Source of the DNA: Candidatus Liptonbacteria bacterium
GTDB lineage: Bacteria > Patescibacteriota > Minisyncoccia > UBA6257 > 2-01-FULL-56-20
DNA length: 64,000 nucleotides
Direction: 5' to 3'
Assembly (NCBI GenBank): GCA_016867315.1
Contig: VGJV01000003.1
Span: 27,429-91,428 of the forward strand
The notes beneath the pieces are model-generated. The model was not told the DNA's origin, ran no database searches, and was given only the letters and a program-made list of their open reading frames with translations. Below, piece after piece: positions 18,939 through 28,479 of the stretch (its first letter is position 1; each line of letters starts with the position of its first letter). The position numbers and the translations under genes were made by a program.

Positions 18939-19865
18939 ATGCTTTCTCGACTAAAAAAATATTTTATTCCTCAAAGGGAAAATGATCATGCCCCCCATAT
19001 TTTGAGAGGAAAAGCCGTAGTAATCACGATAGCGGCAATCCTTATAGGAGAAGTGATATTTCTCTCCGGGGCTAAGTATGTGGCTCCGCAATCCGAGCTT
19101 TTTGCAGTGATATTTTCGAATGCATTGGTAGATGGAACGAATCAAAACCGCCTTGCAAATAACCTCCCGGAACTCCGGGTAAATCCCTTACTTGAAGCGG
19201 CGGCACGGGCGAAAGCCCTCCACATGGCGCAGAATGGCTATTTTGCCCACACAAGCCCCACTGGGGTTACGCCCTGGTATTGGTTTGAAATGGTGGGATA
19301 TGACTTTAGCTATGCCGGGGAGAATCTCGCAGTAAACTTCCTTGATTCGGAAGATGTAACAAACGCCTGGATGGAATCTCCGACCCATCGGGCAAATATT
19401 CTTCGAGGGAATTTTACTGAAATAGGAATAGCCACCGCGCAAGGAGAATATGAGGGGAAACCCGCTACGTTTGTAGTGCAGCTTTTCGGATCACCGGCGA
19501 AGAAAAAAGTAGCTGCTGCTCCGAACAGGCAAAAAGTATCTTCCCCGATCCTAGAAAGTTCTTCTACCCCGCTTTTCGTAGCCGTAAGAGGGGCAGAAAT
19601 AGCCGCTGAATCGTTGAATCCGAAATCAATAGAGCCTCAAAACAATCCGGTGCAAGGGGCCCTCGCTGCTCCGCGAAAACTCGCGAACGGAGTCTATATA
19701 TTCTTTATAGGGTTGTTTGCACTGGCATTACTGATTATGATATGGAACATGTCTCTTACGCGGCACCCCAGATTGATATTCGGAGGGGCCCTGGTGATTG
19801 TGGTCGCGGGAGCAGGAATCCTTATAAATCAGCACGTGTCGCTTCTCTCCGCCTCGATTCTTTAG
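18939..19865 (+). CDS. CAP/SCP-domain membrane protein
   Basis: TNQNR, YFAHTSP, AGENLA, WMESPTHRANIL; TM segments at both ends. Confidence 0.9.
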   Translation: MLSRLKKYFIPQRENDHAPHILRGKAVVITIAAILIGEVIFLSGAKYVAPQSELFAVIFSNALVDGTNQNRLANNLPELRVNPLLEAAARAKALHMAQNGYFAHTSPTGVTPWYWFEMVGYDFSYAGENLAVNFLDSEDVTNAWMESPTHRANILRGNFTEIGIATAQGEYEGKPATFVVQLFGSPAKKKVAAAPNRQKVSSPILESSSTPLFVAVRGAEIAAESLNPKSIEPQNNPVQGALAAPRKLANGVYIFFIGLFALALLIMIWNMSLTRHPRLIFGGALVIVVAGAGILINQHVSLLSASIL

Positions 19866-19871
19866 GAATGA

Positions 19872-19994
19872 ATCCCGTTAGAGACAAAAACGGGATATCT
19901 GAAGTATCCACTATCATGCGTTACCTAAAAATTTCAATGCAGAATAATTTAGTTTTCTACGGTTCCATAAAATGGAACCTGTCTCTAACGGGAT
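19872..19994. mobile_element. MITE/REP-like element with 15-bp terminal inverted repeats
   Basis: atcccgttagagaca ... tgtctctaacgggat; ATGAA duplicated at both ends. Confidence 0.75.
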
Positions 19995-20985
19995 GAAACT
20001 ATCCATCGGCATTGTAGGCTTGCCGAACGTAGGCAAGTCCACTCTTTTTAAACTGCTCACGAAGCAGGATATTTTGGTTGCCAATTACCCATTCGCCACA
20101 ATCGATCCAAATGTGGGAATTGTACCTGTTCCAGATGAACGGCTGGGGGTGCTTACCACGTTGAGTCAATCTAAAAAAACAATTCCGGCGGTCGTGGAAT
20201 TTTACGATATCGCGGGATTGGTAAAGGGAGCGAATCAAGGGGAAGGCCTGGGGAACCAATTTCTCTCGCACATTCGGGAAACGCAAGCGATCGTGGTAGT
20301 ACTTCGGGTGTTTGGAGATCCAAGCGTTATCCACGTCGAAAACTCCGTAGATGCGATTCGGGATTTTGATATCATCCACACCGAACTTGCTTTAAAGGAT
20401 TTAGAAACCGTGGAAAAACGATGGAAAAAACTGGAAGCGGAAGCTCGGGGTGACAAAAAGGCGGCAAAAAACTTTGAAATATTAAAACAGGTAAAAGCCG
20501 CGCTCGAAGCCGGAAAATCGCTTAGACAGTTCCGTGACGAAGAGATTGTGAAAGAACTGGCGCTTTTAAGTGCCAAAAAAGAGCTCATTCTTTTAAATGG
20601 TGATCCGGAAGAAGTAACCCCGGCACTCGTCGAAAAGATCAAAGCGCGGGGTGCGGATTATCTTGTCGCAAACGTCGCACTTGCGGATGAAATTCCGGAA
20701 CTCATCCGGAAAGCCTACGAGATTCTCGATCTCATCAGTTTTTTCACGACGGGGGAAGATGAGACTCGGGCGTGGACAATCACGAAAGGAGACAAAGCGC
20801 CGCAGGCTGCAGGAGTAATTCACACTGACTTCGAAAAGAATTTCATTCGGGCAGAAGTAGTTTCATGCAGTAAGCTTGTCGAGGCCGGAAGCTGGAATAA
20901 AGCGAAGGAAAAAGGCTCATTGCGGGTAGAAGGAAAGGACTACGTTGTTCAAGATGGTGATGTTATCGTGGTGAGGCACGGCTAG
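19993..20985 (+). CDS. ychF: ribosome-binding ATPase YchF
   Basis: GLPNVGKST, NYPFATIDPN, DIAGLVKGA..GEGLGNQFL, TGS domain. Confidence 0.96.
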   Translation: MKLSIGIVGLPNVGKSTLFKLLTKQDILVANYPFATIDPNVGIVPVPDERLGVLTTLSQSKKTIPAVVEFYDIAGLVKGANQGEGLGNQFLSHIRETQAIVVVLRVFGDPSVIHVENSVDAIRDFDIIHTELALKDLETVEKRWKKLEAEARGDKKAAKNFEILKQVKAALEAGKSLRQFRDEEIVKELALLSAKKELILLNGDPEEVTPALVEKIKARGADYLVANVALADEIPELIRKAYEILDLISFFTTGEDETRAWTITKGDKAPQAAGVIHTDFEKNFIRAEVVSCSKLVEAGSWNKAKEKGSLRVEGKDYVVQDGDVIVVRHG

Positions 20986-21005
20986 TGTAAAATAGGGGAT
21001 GCCTG

Positions 21006-21038
21006 CCCCGTAGAATCGCGCAGTGGTTTATACGGGGT
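21006..21038. repeat. short CCCGT...ACGGG palindrome
   Basis: ccccgtagaatc...tttatacgggg, same termini family as 19872-19994. Confidence 0.5.
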
Positions 21039-21081
21039 AATGGTCATCAGACATTCATAACGATTCCGTATAACGAAACCA

Positions 21082-21834
21082 ATGGCAAAGCCCATTATCG
21101 AGGTTAAGAATCTCATTAAAAAGTTTGGCGATTTCACCGCCGTAGACGGAATTTCTTTCGATATTGAAGAAGGGAAAATTACGGGACTTTTAGGTCCGAA
21201 CGGCGCAGGTAAGACGACTACGATTCAAATGCTGCTCGACATCATCACTCCCACCTCGGGAGAAATTCGCATTTTTGGAATGGACATGAGGCATTCGCGC
21301 GAAGCGATCTTGAGTCAGACGAACTTCTCTTCTCCCTACGTAACTCTGCCGCAGAATTTAAAGGTTTGGGAAAATTTGAAGACTTTCGCCAGGCTGTATG
21401 GTGTGCCTGATATCAATTTAAAAATCAAAGAACTCGCAGAATTTTTTGGAATAGAGAATCTACTTCCGAAACTTACTGCTACGCTCTCTACCGGGCAGCT
21501 TGCACGCCTGAATCTCACCAAATCTCTCCTCAATGATCCGAAACTCTTACTCTTAGACGAGCCCACTTCTTCTTTGGATCCCGATATCGCCGATCGAGTG
21601 CGCAAGCTCTTACTCCAAATCCGAAAGGAGAGGGGAGTGACGATGCTTTATACCTCGCACAACATGGCGGAAATCGAAGAACTTTGCGATCGAGTCATTT
21701 TCATTAATCATGGCAAAGTGGTGGACGATGGGACTCCCGCAGAGCTCGTAAAAAAATATGGCCATGAAGATTTGAACGACGTTTTCCTACATATTGCAAG
21801 AGAAGGAGAAATGAAAGCGTCGCAAAATTCCTAA
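21082..21834 (+). CDS. ABC-2 type exporter, ATP-binding subunit
   Basis: GPNGAGKTT, LSTGQ, LLLDEP, SH. Confidence 0.93.
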   Translation: MAKPIIEVKNLIKKFGDFTAVDGISFDIEEGKITGLLGPNGAGKTTTIQMLLDIITPTSGEIRIFGMDMRHSREAILSQTNFSSPYVTLPQNLKVWENLKTFARLYGVPDINLKIKELAEFFGIENLLPKLTATLSTGQLARLNLTKSLLNDPKLLLLDEPTSSLDPDIADRVRKLLLQIRKERGVTMLYTSHNMAEIEELCDRVIFINHGKVVDDGTPAELVKKYGHEDLNDVFLHIAREGEMKASQNS

Positions 21835-21915
21835 TTTCTAATGTCGAATTTCTAACGAAATCCCGATGCTCAAATCCCAATTAGAAATTAGGTTAATTAG
21901 AAATTAGAAATTTCC
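21826..21915. repeat. heptamer-periodic inverted repeat overlapping a stop codon
   Basis: aattcctaatttctaatgtcgaatttctaacgaaatccc, near-identical to the inverse of 23385-23423. Confidence 0.7.
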
Positions 21916-22704
21916 ATGCGTTTCCATCGTGTCAGTGCACTTCTTCTGCGCCACTTGTATCTCTACAAGCGGAGCTTTCCCCGCCTCATGGATATCTTCT
22001 ATTGGCCCGTTATGGAACTTTTAGTATGGGGATTCTTGAGTGTCTATCTTGAAAAAACTCAAGCTGCGGGAGTAAACATTGCCACAATTCTTTTGGGAGG
22101 AATCATTTTCTGGGATCTCTTAAGCAGATCTCAGCAGGCGGTTTCGATTTCTTTTTTAGAGGATGTATGGGAACGAAATTTCTTGAATCTTTTCGTTTCT
22201 CCGCTCTCGATTACGGAATTTCTGGCCTCGACGTTCTTTGTAGGGGTTATTCGGATTATTCTCGTAGGAATAGTAGCAAGTATCCTCGCTGTACTGCTCT
22301 ATCAGTTCAATATTTTCATATTTGGACTATACCTCGTCCCTTTTGTGATAAATCTTTTCTTTTTTGGATGGACGCTGGGACTTTTTACTACCGGCATCAT
22401 TTTGCGCTATGGCACCTCCGCGCAGATTCTTGCCTTCGGCTTTATATTTCTCATTCAGCCGTTTAGCGCCGTATTTTATCCGATCTCTGCTATGCCCGGT
22501 TGGGCACAGTGGATCGCATATATAATTCCTTCGTCGTATGTATTTGAAGGCATGAGAGAAGTGATCGCGACCGGCACGCTGGGAGTAGCGAATCTCTCCG
22601 CCGCCTTCCTCACCAATTTCTTCTATTTAGCCCTGGTGCTGTGGTTCTTCTATCGAATGTTTGCGCGCGTAAAAGTGAAAGGATTGCTTCTCAAATTGGA
22701 TTAA
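21916..22704 (+). CDS. ABC-2 type permease
   Basis: About six TM segments, FSAVFYP..MP.W motif, next to the ATPase. Confidence 0.9.
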   Translation: MRFHRVSALLLRHLYLYKRSFPRLMDIFYWPVMELLVWGFLSVYLEKTQAAGVNIATILLGGIIFWDLLSRSQQAVSISFLEDVWERNFLNLFVSPLSITEFLASTFFVGVIRIILVGIVASILAVLLYQFNIFIFGLYLVPFVINLFFFGWTLGLFTTGIILRYGTSAQILAFGFIFLIQPFSAVFYPISAMPGWAQWIAYIIPSSYVFEGMREVIATGTLGVANLSAAFLTNFFYLALVLWFFYRMFARVKVKGLLLKLD

Positions 22705-23303
22705 GACCTCCGTTCCAGCGCCGATCCTAACGTTTCATCATCCGCAAACTCAATCTCGCCGCCCGTGGGAAGTCCTCTTCCTAGGCGGCTGATTTTTTTG
22801 GCGAATGATTCCAGCTCTCGGCCAAGTGTTGCGGCATTAAAATCTCCCACTGAAGTGGGGTTCAGTGCTACGATTATTTCTTCCGCTCGCCCGTTCATTT
22901 CTTTTTGAATAAGCGACTTCAAATTCTGGAGCCGTAACTTTTGCCACCCTTCGAGCACGCCGGTTTTTGGAATCTCTCCCAGGATTAAATATTTCCCTTT
23001 GAATTTCGCCGTACTTTCCAAAGACATCAAATCTGTTTCTTTTTCCACAAGCATAATAATATTCGAAACTCTCCGAGGATCGCGGCAAATTTCACATAGT
23101 CCATCCTCATTTTGATGCACAAAAAAACAGCGGGCGCAGGTCCGAATCTTTCTCATTCCATGAATCGCATCCCCAAGCTCTTTAATGTTGTTTTCCCCCG
23201 TCCGCAGTAAATAAAATGCCACCCGAGTAGCTTGACGCGGGCCCAAGGAGGGAAGTTCGGATAGCTTTTCAATAAAAAGGCGAATCGATTCCGGAAGACG
23301 CAT
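22701..23303 (-). CDS. recR: recombination mediator RecR
   Basis: LPSLGPRQA HhH, C4 zinc finger, Toprim, GLPTGGEIEFAD. Confidence 0.95.
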   Translation of the reverse strand: MRLPESIRLFIEKLSELPSLGPRQATRVAFYLLRTGENNIKELGDAIHGMRKIRTCARCFFVHQNEDGLCEICRDPRRVSNIIMLVEKETDLMSLESTAKFKGKYLILGEIPKTGVLEGWQKLRLQNLKSLIQKEMNGRAEEIIVALNPTSVGDFNAATLGRELESFAKKISRLGRGLPTGGEIEFADDETLGSALERRS

Positions 23304-23311
23304 GATGGAAA

Positions 23312-23423
23312 AAATTTCTAATATCTAATTACTAATTTCTAAATAATGTCTCAATTCTAATATCCAATCTCCAAATTGGGAAATGGGATTTCGTTAGAAA
23401 TTCGATACTAGAAATTAGGAATT
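23312..23423. repeat. heptamer-periodic inverted repeat element
   Basis: ctaattt-type units and their reverse complement; overlaps the dnaB stop. Confidence 0.7.
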
Positions 23424-24788
23424 CGCAGGCAAAAATTCTCCGAACCGAGCTTCAAGTTGCCGAAAAGAAGTACGCTCCGCATCGAAATAAAGATCCACGG
23501 AACCTAAGGGGCCGTTGCGGTGTTTGGCAATATTGATTTGCGCAATATTCTGTTCTTCGGGGGGCGCATCGAGCTTGTCTCTATCCTTGCGATAAATGAA
23601 CATCACCACATCGGCATCCTGCTCAATTGCGCCTGATTCCCGAAGGTCTGACAGCCGGGGAGCTCCTCCGCGCTGTTCGACGGTACGGGAAAGCTGAGAA
23701 AGCGCGAGTACAGGAGCTTGAATCTCACGAGCCAGCGCTTTAAGGCCTCGAGAAATTTCCGTAACCTGTTGCACGACGTTGTCGCTAGAGGTTCGGGGAG
23801 TAATAAGCTGGAGATAATCTACGACAATGAGTCCCAGGCCATGCTCCACTTGGAGTCTCCGCGCCATTGAGCGCATCTGCATGATATTCAAAGAAGGAGT
23901 ATCGTCGATATAGATAGTAGCTTGCGAGAGGCGATCCAGCGCCTCCTGAATCATCCGAAATTCGCCGTCATTCGAAATTTTTCCGGTAAGAATTTTCCAA
24001 AGCGACACTTGAGACTCTGCGGCTACTAAACGGTCAATGACTTGCTCCCGAGACATTTCAAGTGAAAAGAAACCCACGGGAATCTTCTCTCGCGTGGCGG
24101 CATGTCGGGCAATGTCCAATGCCAATGAAGTTTTTCCAAGCGAAGGTCGAGCTCCTATTACTACCAGATCAGACTTCTGAAGCCCAGAGAGCAGGTTGTC
24201 GAGTCCTTCAAAGCCCGTGGGCACGCCGCGATGCTTCCCTCCGCCTTGATGTAGTTTTTCAATGCGCTCATAGGCGTTTTTTAATTCTTCCTTGAGAGGC
24301 ACAAAATTCTTAGGTAAAGATTGCTGAGAAATCGCGAGAATCTTTTGCTCAATAGCATCAAGCAGATCTTCAATATCCTGCGAGGCATCGAACGCCGCTT
24401 CGCTTACTTCTCCGGAAACGCGGATTAGGTCTCGAAGCACTCGTTTTTCTTTCACGAGCTGCGCGTAATGAGCAATATGAGAGGAAGTGGCTACTCGGTT
24501 GGTAAGATCGGCGAGATAACTCGATCCCCCTACATCTTTAAGGGTGCCGTTCTCCTTGAGGCGATTACCGACACTTACGATATCGATGGGCTGATGCTTT
24601 TCATACAGTTCGATAACCGCCGAATAAATCCGTTCATGTCCGGGAGAGTAAAAGTCCGTGGGACCGAGAACGTCTGCCACTTTAAAAATGGCATTTTTGT
24701 CGATCAAAATACCGCCTAATACTGCCTGTTCCGCCTCTATATTTTGGGGCGGGAGTTTTAATTTATCCGTTCTTCCTTTCGTGGACAT
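23415..24788 (-). CDS. dnaB: replicative DNA helicase
   Basis: PPQNIEAEQ, GARPSLGKT, FSLEMS, VDYLQL, LSQLSR, DLRESGAIEQDAD, KHRNGP; start moved to ATG 24788. Confidence 0.97.
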   Translation of the reverse strand: MSTKGRTDKLKLPPQNIEAEQAVLGGILIDKNAIFKVADVLGPTDFYSPGHERIYSAVIELYEKHQPIDIVSVGNRLKENGTLKDVGGSSYLADLTNRVATSSHIAHYAQLVKEKRVLRDLIRVSGEVSEAAFDASQDIEDLLDAIEQKILAISQQSLPKNFVPLKEELKNAYERIEKLHQGGGKHRGVPTGFEGLDNLLSGLQKSDLVVIGARPSLGKTSLALDIARHAATREKIPVGFFSLEMSREQVIDRLVAAESQVSLWKILTGKISNDGEFRMIQEALDRLSQATIYIDDTPSLNIMQMRSMARRLQVEHGLGLIVVDYLQLITPRTSSDNVVQQVTEISRGLKALAREIQAPVLALSQLSRTVEQRGGAPRLSDLRESGAIEQDADVVMFIYRKDRDKLDAPPEEQNIAQINIAKHRNGPLGSVDLYFDAERTSFRQLEARFGEFLPANS

Positions 24789-24860
24789 GCTTAATAAAAT
24801 TCCAAATCCCAGCACCAAATTCCAAACAATATTCAACTTCCAAAACTCAAACTCGAAGAG

Positions 24861-26279
24861 TTATTTGGAATTTGGATTTTGATGCTTGGGATTTGCGGGC
24901 CATACAAATGGCCCGATAGGGGTGTCTTCTATCGTGTATCCTAGCTCCTCAATTTGCTTTCGCAAAGCATCTGACTGGATAAACTGTTGATTCCGCCTCA
25001 TTTCTTCTCTTTTTTTAGCCAAAGAAGATATTTTAGACGGCCGAGAAGGCAAAGAAATAGGAATTCCAAGCAGCGCAAAGCGGGAAGTTATAAAGGCATG
25101 CAAGCTGCGAATGGAACGGGAGTTGAGCTGCCAAAGGAAGGGATTTACCGTCCGCATCACTTCGAAAAGCACTCCCAACGCCTGCGGGGTATTTATGTCA
25201 TCCGCGAGCGTAGCTTCCCATTTGCGAGCATAGGAAAGCAGCGAAAATTTTTTTAATGGCTTCTTTGCTCCTTCAGTTTCTACGAATTTCAGCTTTCCTA
25301 AAAAAAGACGTACCCCTTCGAGAGTCTCTTCCGCTGCGAGAGCTAGTTTCTCGTCGTAATCAATAGGTGATCGATAATGATGGTTCAAGACTATAAATCG
25401 AAATATAGCAGGGGAATGGGCAGCAAGAAATTGCTGGGCGGTAATGAAATTTCCCAAACTCTTACTCATCTTTTCTCCGCCGACCGTGAGCATTCCGGTG
25501 TGCATCCAGATTTTCACGAAGGGCACTTTTCCGGAAGCAGCTTCCTGCTGGGCAATCTCGGCCTCATGATGTGGAAACTTAAGATCCAATCCACCTCCAT
25601 GAATATCATATTGCGGGCCGAAGAAATGTTCCGAAATCGCAGTGTCTTCAATGTGCCATCCTGGCCGGCCTGCACCAAGCGGAGAATTCCAGACTGGCTC
25701 GCCCGGTTTAGAAAACTTCCAGAGACAAAAGTCTCCTTTATTTCGTTTCTCCACCGATTCATCAATTCGCGACACTGCATCTTCTGCTGCAAGAGCGGTG
25801 CGGCGGCTTAACTTTCCATATGCCGGGAATCGAGCAATATCGAAATAATACCCATCGCCTTCGATCTTATATGCCACACCTCTGCGAACGAGACGCTGTA
25901 CTTGATCGATGATTTCGGAAATGAATTTGGTGGCAGGGGCATAGGTGGTAACTGCATCCACGCCGAATCGCTTCATGTCCGCGAAGTAGCTCTTAGTATG
26001 CCCTTTAGAAAAAATAAGCGGATCTGTTCCTTCCTGGGCCGCGCGTTTGATTATCTTGTCATCGATGTCCGTAATATTTTGGATGTAGCGCACCTCACAA
26101 CCAAGGCTTCTTAAGTATTTAGTAAAGAAATCGAAAAAGACGTAGGTCCTTACATGTCCGATATGAGTGGAGTCATACACGGTAGGTCCGCATACGAAAA
26201 GACGGAGCGGCTGCCCCTTGGGGGAAGGAAGCTTCTCTTTTTTTTGAGTAAGAGTGTTCCAGATCCGGATTGGCCGCAT
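24861..26279 (-). CDS. cysS: cysteine--tRNA ligase
   Basis: CGPTVY, HIGH, GRPGWHIE, FPHHE, KMSKS. Confidence 0.97.
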   Translation of the reverse strand: MRPIRIWNTLTQKKEKLPSPKGQPLRLFVCGPTVYDSTHIGHVRTYVFFDFFTKYLRSLGCEVRYIQNITDIDDKIIKRAAQEGTDPLIFSKGHTKSYFADMKRFGVDAVTTYAPATKFISEIIDQVQRLVRRGVAYKIEGDGYYFDIARFPAYGKLSRRTALAAEDAVSRIDESVEKRNKGDFCLWKFSKPGEPVWNSPLGAGRPGWHIEDTAISEHFFGPQYDIHGGGLDLKFPHHEAEIAQQEAASGKVPFVKIWMHTGMLTVGGEKMSKSLGNFITAQQFLAAHSPAIFRFIVLNHHYRSPIDYDEKLALAAEETLEGVRLFLGKLKFVETEGAKKPLKKFSLLSYARKWEATLADDINTPQALGVLFEVMRTVNPFLWQLNSRSIRSLHAFITSRFALLGIPISLPSRPSKISSLAKKREEMRRNQQFIQSDALRKQIEELGYTIEDTPIGPFVWPANPKHQNPNSK

Positions 26280-26315
26280 CTAAGTGATTTATATAACTAG
26301 TCCTAATCAGTAATT

Positions 26316-27188
26316 CTAGAACCAGCCTTTTCGCTTGAAGTAAAGCGCAAGACCCCCCATTCCTGCAAGGATAATGAATGCCAAAATCCAGAAAGCTCCA
26401 GGCATATCGATAATAGGCGTTCCACGCGCCGGGATGGTAAAAAGAGCAGCAATAAGCATGAACGGAAAGGTAAGAAAAGAAAGCATCGTAAATGTTTTCA
26501 TCACTGTGTTGATCTTCAAGTTCATAATCTGGTTATTCGTATCCCCGAAGTCATTAATAGCTTCCCGGTAATTTTCCACCTGGTTCACGATGCGAAGATG
26601 ATCCCCAATAAGATCATCCAAATAAATTTCCACTTCTTTATTCCAAAATTTCACTCCGCGAGACAAAAGGGACTGCAGAATAGTTTGTTGCAGTCGGACA
26701 ATAATTCTATATTCGGAAACATCCCGCTTGAGGTAGGAAACGCGCTCAAGCACTTCTTTCTCCTTATTTCTAAAAAGTTCTTTTCCCACCCCTTCCACTT
26801 TTTCACGTACGTGGCGCAACTGACGCTCCTGAAATTCGAGGAGAGCCTGGAGCACTCGATAGAGAAGTTTCAAAGAATTCTCCGCAGTGGTTTCTCCAAG
26901 CGTATCGAGAATCTCGATTTTTTCATTGTGGACCACGACTACGGTATCGCGGGTAATGATGAAATCCAGTTCGGTGCGGAGCGTGGTGGCTGTTTTCGGA
27001 TCGTAGAGAGGAAAATAATATACAAAGAAAAGATAATTGTCGTAATGCTCCACGCGAGCGCGGGCAGTAGCGGTTTTAAGTTCGTGGAGAATAACCGGAT
27101 GAATACCAAACTTGGCCTTGAGGAATTCGAGGTCTCTGTCCGTAGGCTTAAAGATGCGCAGGAGAGAAGCACTCTTTTGTTTGGTCAT
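26316..27188 (-). CDS. CorA-family divalent cation transporter
   Basis: INTVMKTFT, two C-terminal TMs ending FKRKGWF; canonical GMN is replaced by TIP. Confidence 0.8.
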   Translation of the reverse strand: MTKQKSASLLRIFKPTDRDLEFLKAKFGIHPVILHELKTATARARVEHYDNYLFFVYYFPLYDPKTATTLRTELDFIITRDTVVVVHNEKIEILDTLGETTAENSLKLLYRVLQALLEFQERQLRHVREKVEGVGKELFRNKEKEVLERVSYLKRDVSEYRIIVRLQQTILQSLLSRGVKFWNKEVEIYLDDLIGDHLRIVNQVENYREAINDFGDTNNQIMNLKINTVMKTFTMLSFLTFPFMLIAALFTIPARGTPIIDMPGAFWILAFIILAGMGGLALYFKRKGWF

Positions 27189-27245
27189 AAATCCATTATA
27201 CAGAAAAGCCAGCAAGTAAAAAACAAATGTTAGTAAATAGAAGCA

Positions 27246-27282
27246 TTAGCACTGTTGACACTAGATTGCTAAGGACTATAAT
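27246..27282 (+). promoter_or_regulatory. CIRCE operator overlapping the sigma70 promoter of hrcA
   Basis: TTAGCACTG-N9-GATTGCTAA (27246-27272) with TTGACA in the spacer and TATAAT at 27277-27282. Confidence 0.88.
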
Positions 27283-27294
27283 TTTCGAAGACCC

Positions 27295-27987
27295 ATGATT
27301 CTCGAGGACCGAAAAGCCAAAATATTAAATGCGGCAATAGAATCCTTCATTACCCGCGGAGAGCCGGTAAGTTCTCAATGGCTCTATGACCACTATCGGT
27401 TTGGCATCAAGCCGGCCATGATCCGGCACGAGCTCGAAGCCCTTACCGAGGAAGGATATCTTATGCAACCCTATCACTCCGCAGGGAGAATCCCGGCAGA
27501 TAAAGGCTTTGAGCTCTTTGCGCATTGGACCCTGGAAGCCGAGTCGCCGCCTCAAATAGATAAAGAATTACACACACTCCTTGAGGACAAAGCCTGGGAG
27601 CCTTTCCTCAAAGAACTCGCGGATGAACTTGGAGTACTCGGAGTATTGGGGAATGAGCGAGGAGAAGTGGCCAAGAAGGGTTTGGAATGTTTAGTAGAAC
27701 ATTTTGCTTGGGAAACTCCCGAAGAAATTCAGAGATTAGTACGAGATTTTGTGGAATTGGATGAGCGGGTAGGTGCAATAATAGAAGAGTGGACCGGAGA
27801 TCCGTTGCAAATCTTTATCGGGCGAAGGAGTCCGGTAACGCGCAGTGAAGGTTTGGCAGTCGTGATGGGTAAATATCAGATTCCAGACGGGGAAGTGGTA
27901 GTGTGTACTATCGGGCCGAAGCGGATGAATTATCGTCGAGTCATCCAGGTTATGAAAAGCATAGGTGAAATTCACAACGATGACTGA
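27295..27987 (+). CDS. hrcA: heat-inducible transcription repressor HrcA (short form)
   Basis: EPVSS, PAMIRHEL, QPYHSAGRIP, IGPKRMNY; CIRCE upstream and grpE-dnaK downstream. Confidence 0.9.
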   Translation: MILEDRKAKILNAAIESFITRGEPVSSQWLYDHYRFGIKPAMIRHELEALTEEGYLMQPYHSAGRIPADKGFELFAHWTLEAESPPQIDKELHTLLEDKAWEPFLKELADELGVLGVLGNERGEVAKKGLECLVEHFAWETPEEIQRLVRDFVELDERVGAIIEEWTGDPLQIFIGRRSPVTRSEGLAVVMGKYQIPDGEVVVCTIGPKRMNYRRVIQVMKSIGEIHNDD

Positions 27988-28462
27988 AGAAATAAAAAAA
28001 GAAATTCCGAATGGAGAAAGTGAATTAGATAAGTGCAAGAAAGAAAAAGAAGAATATTTAGCGGGGTGGCAGCGGGCAAAAGCGGACTTTATCAACTATA
28101 AAAAAGAAGAAGCCAAAAGATTTGAGGACATCGCGAAGTACGCGAGCGCCACGCTTTTGGAGGAACTTATTACGGTACTCGATAACTTTGATCTTGCCAT
28201 TCAGGCTTTGAAGAAGGCGGGAGGAGTAGATAAGGGAATTTATATGATACGTGCGCATCTCGAGGATATCCTCCGAAAGAGAGGATTAACTCGAATCGAA
28301 TTGACCCCTCCGGCTCAATTTGATGCAAGCACAATGGAAGCCATCGAAGAAACATCTTCTGCCGAATCCCCCGGTACTGTACTCGAGGAGATAGCTCCTG
28401 GATACCGGCTGCATGACAAAGTAATAAGGCCGGCGCGAGTAAGAATAAGTAAAGGAAAATAA
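27980..28462 (+). CDS. grpE: nucleotide exchange factor GrpE
   Basis: [30 protein letters not shown]. Confidence 0.95.
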   Translation: MTEEIKKEIPNGESELDKCKKEKEEYLAGWQRAKADFINYKKEEAKRFEDIAKYASATLLEELITVLDNFDLAIQALKKAGGVDKGIYMIRAHLEDILRKRGLTRIELTPPAQFDASTMEAIEETSSAESPGTVLEEIAPGYRLHDKVIRPARVRISKGK

Positions 28463-28479
28463 TATTAAACATAATTATC

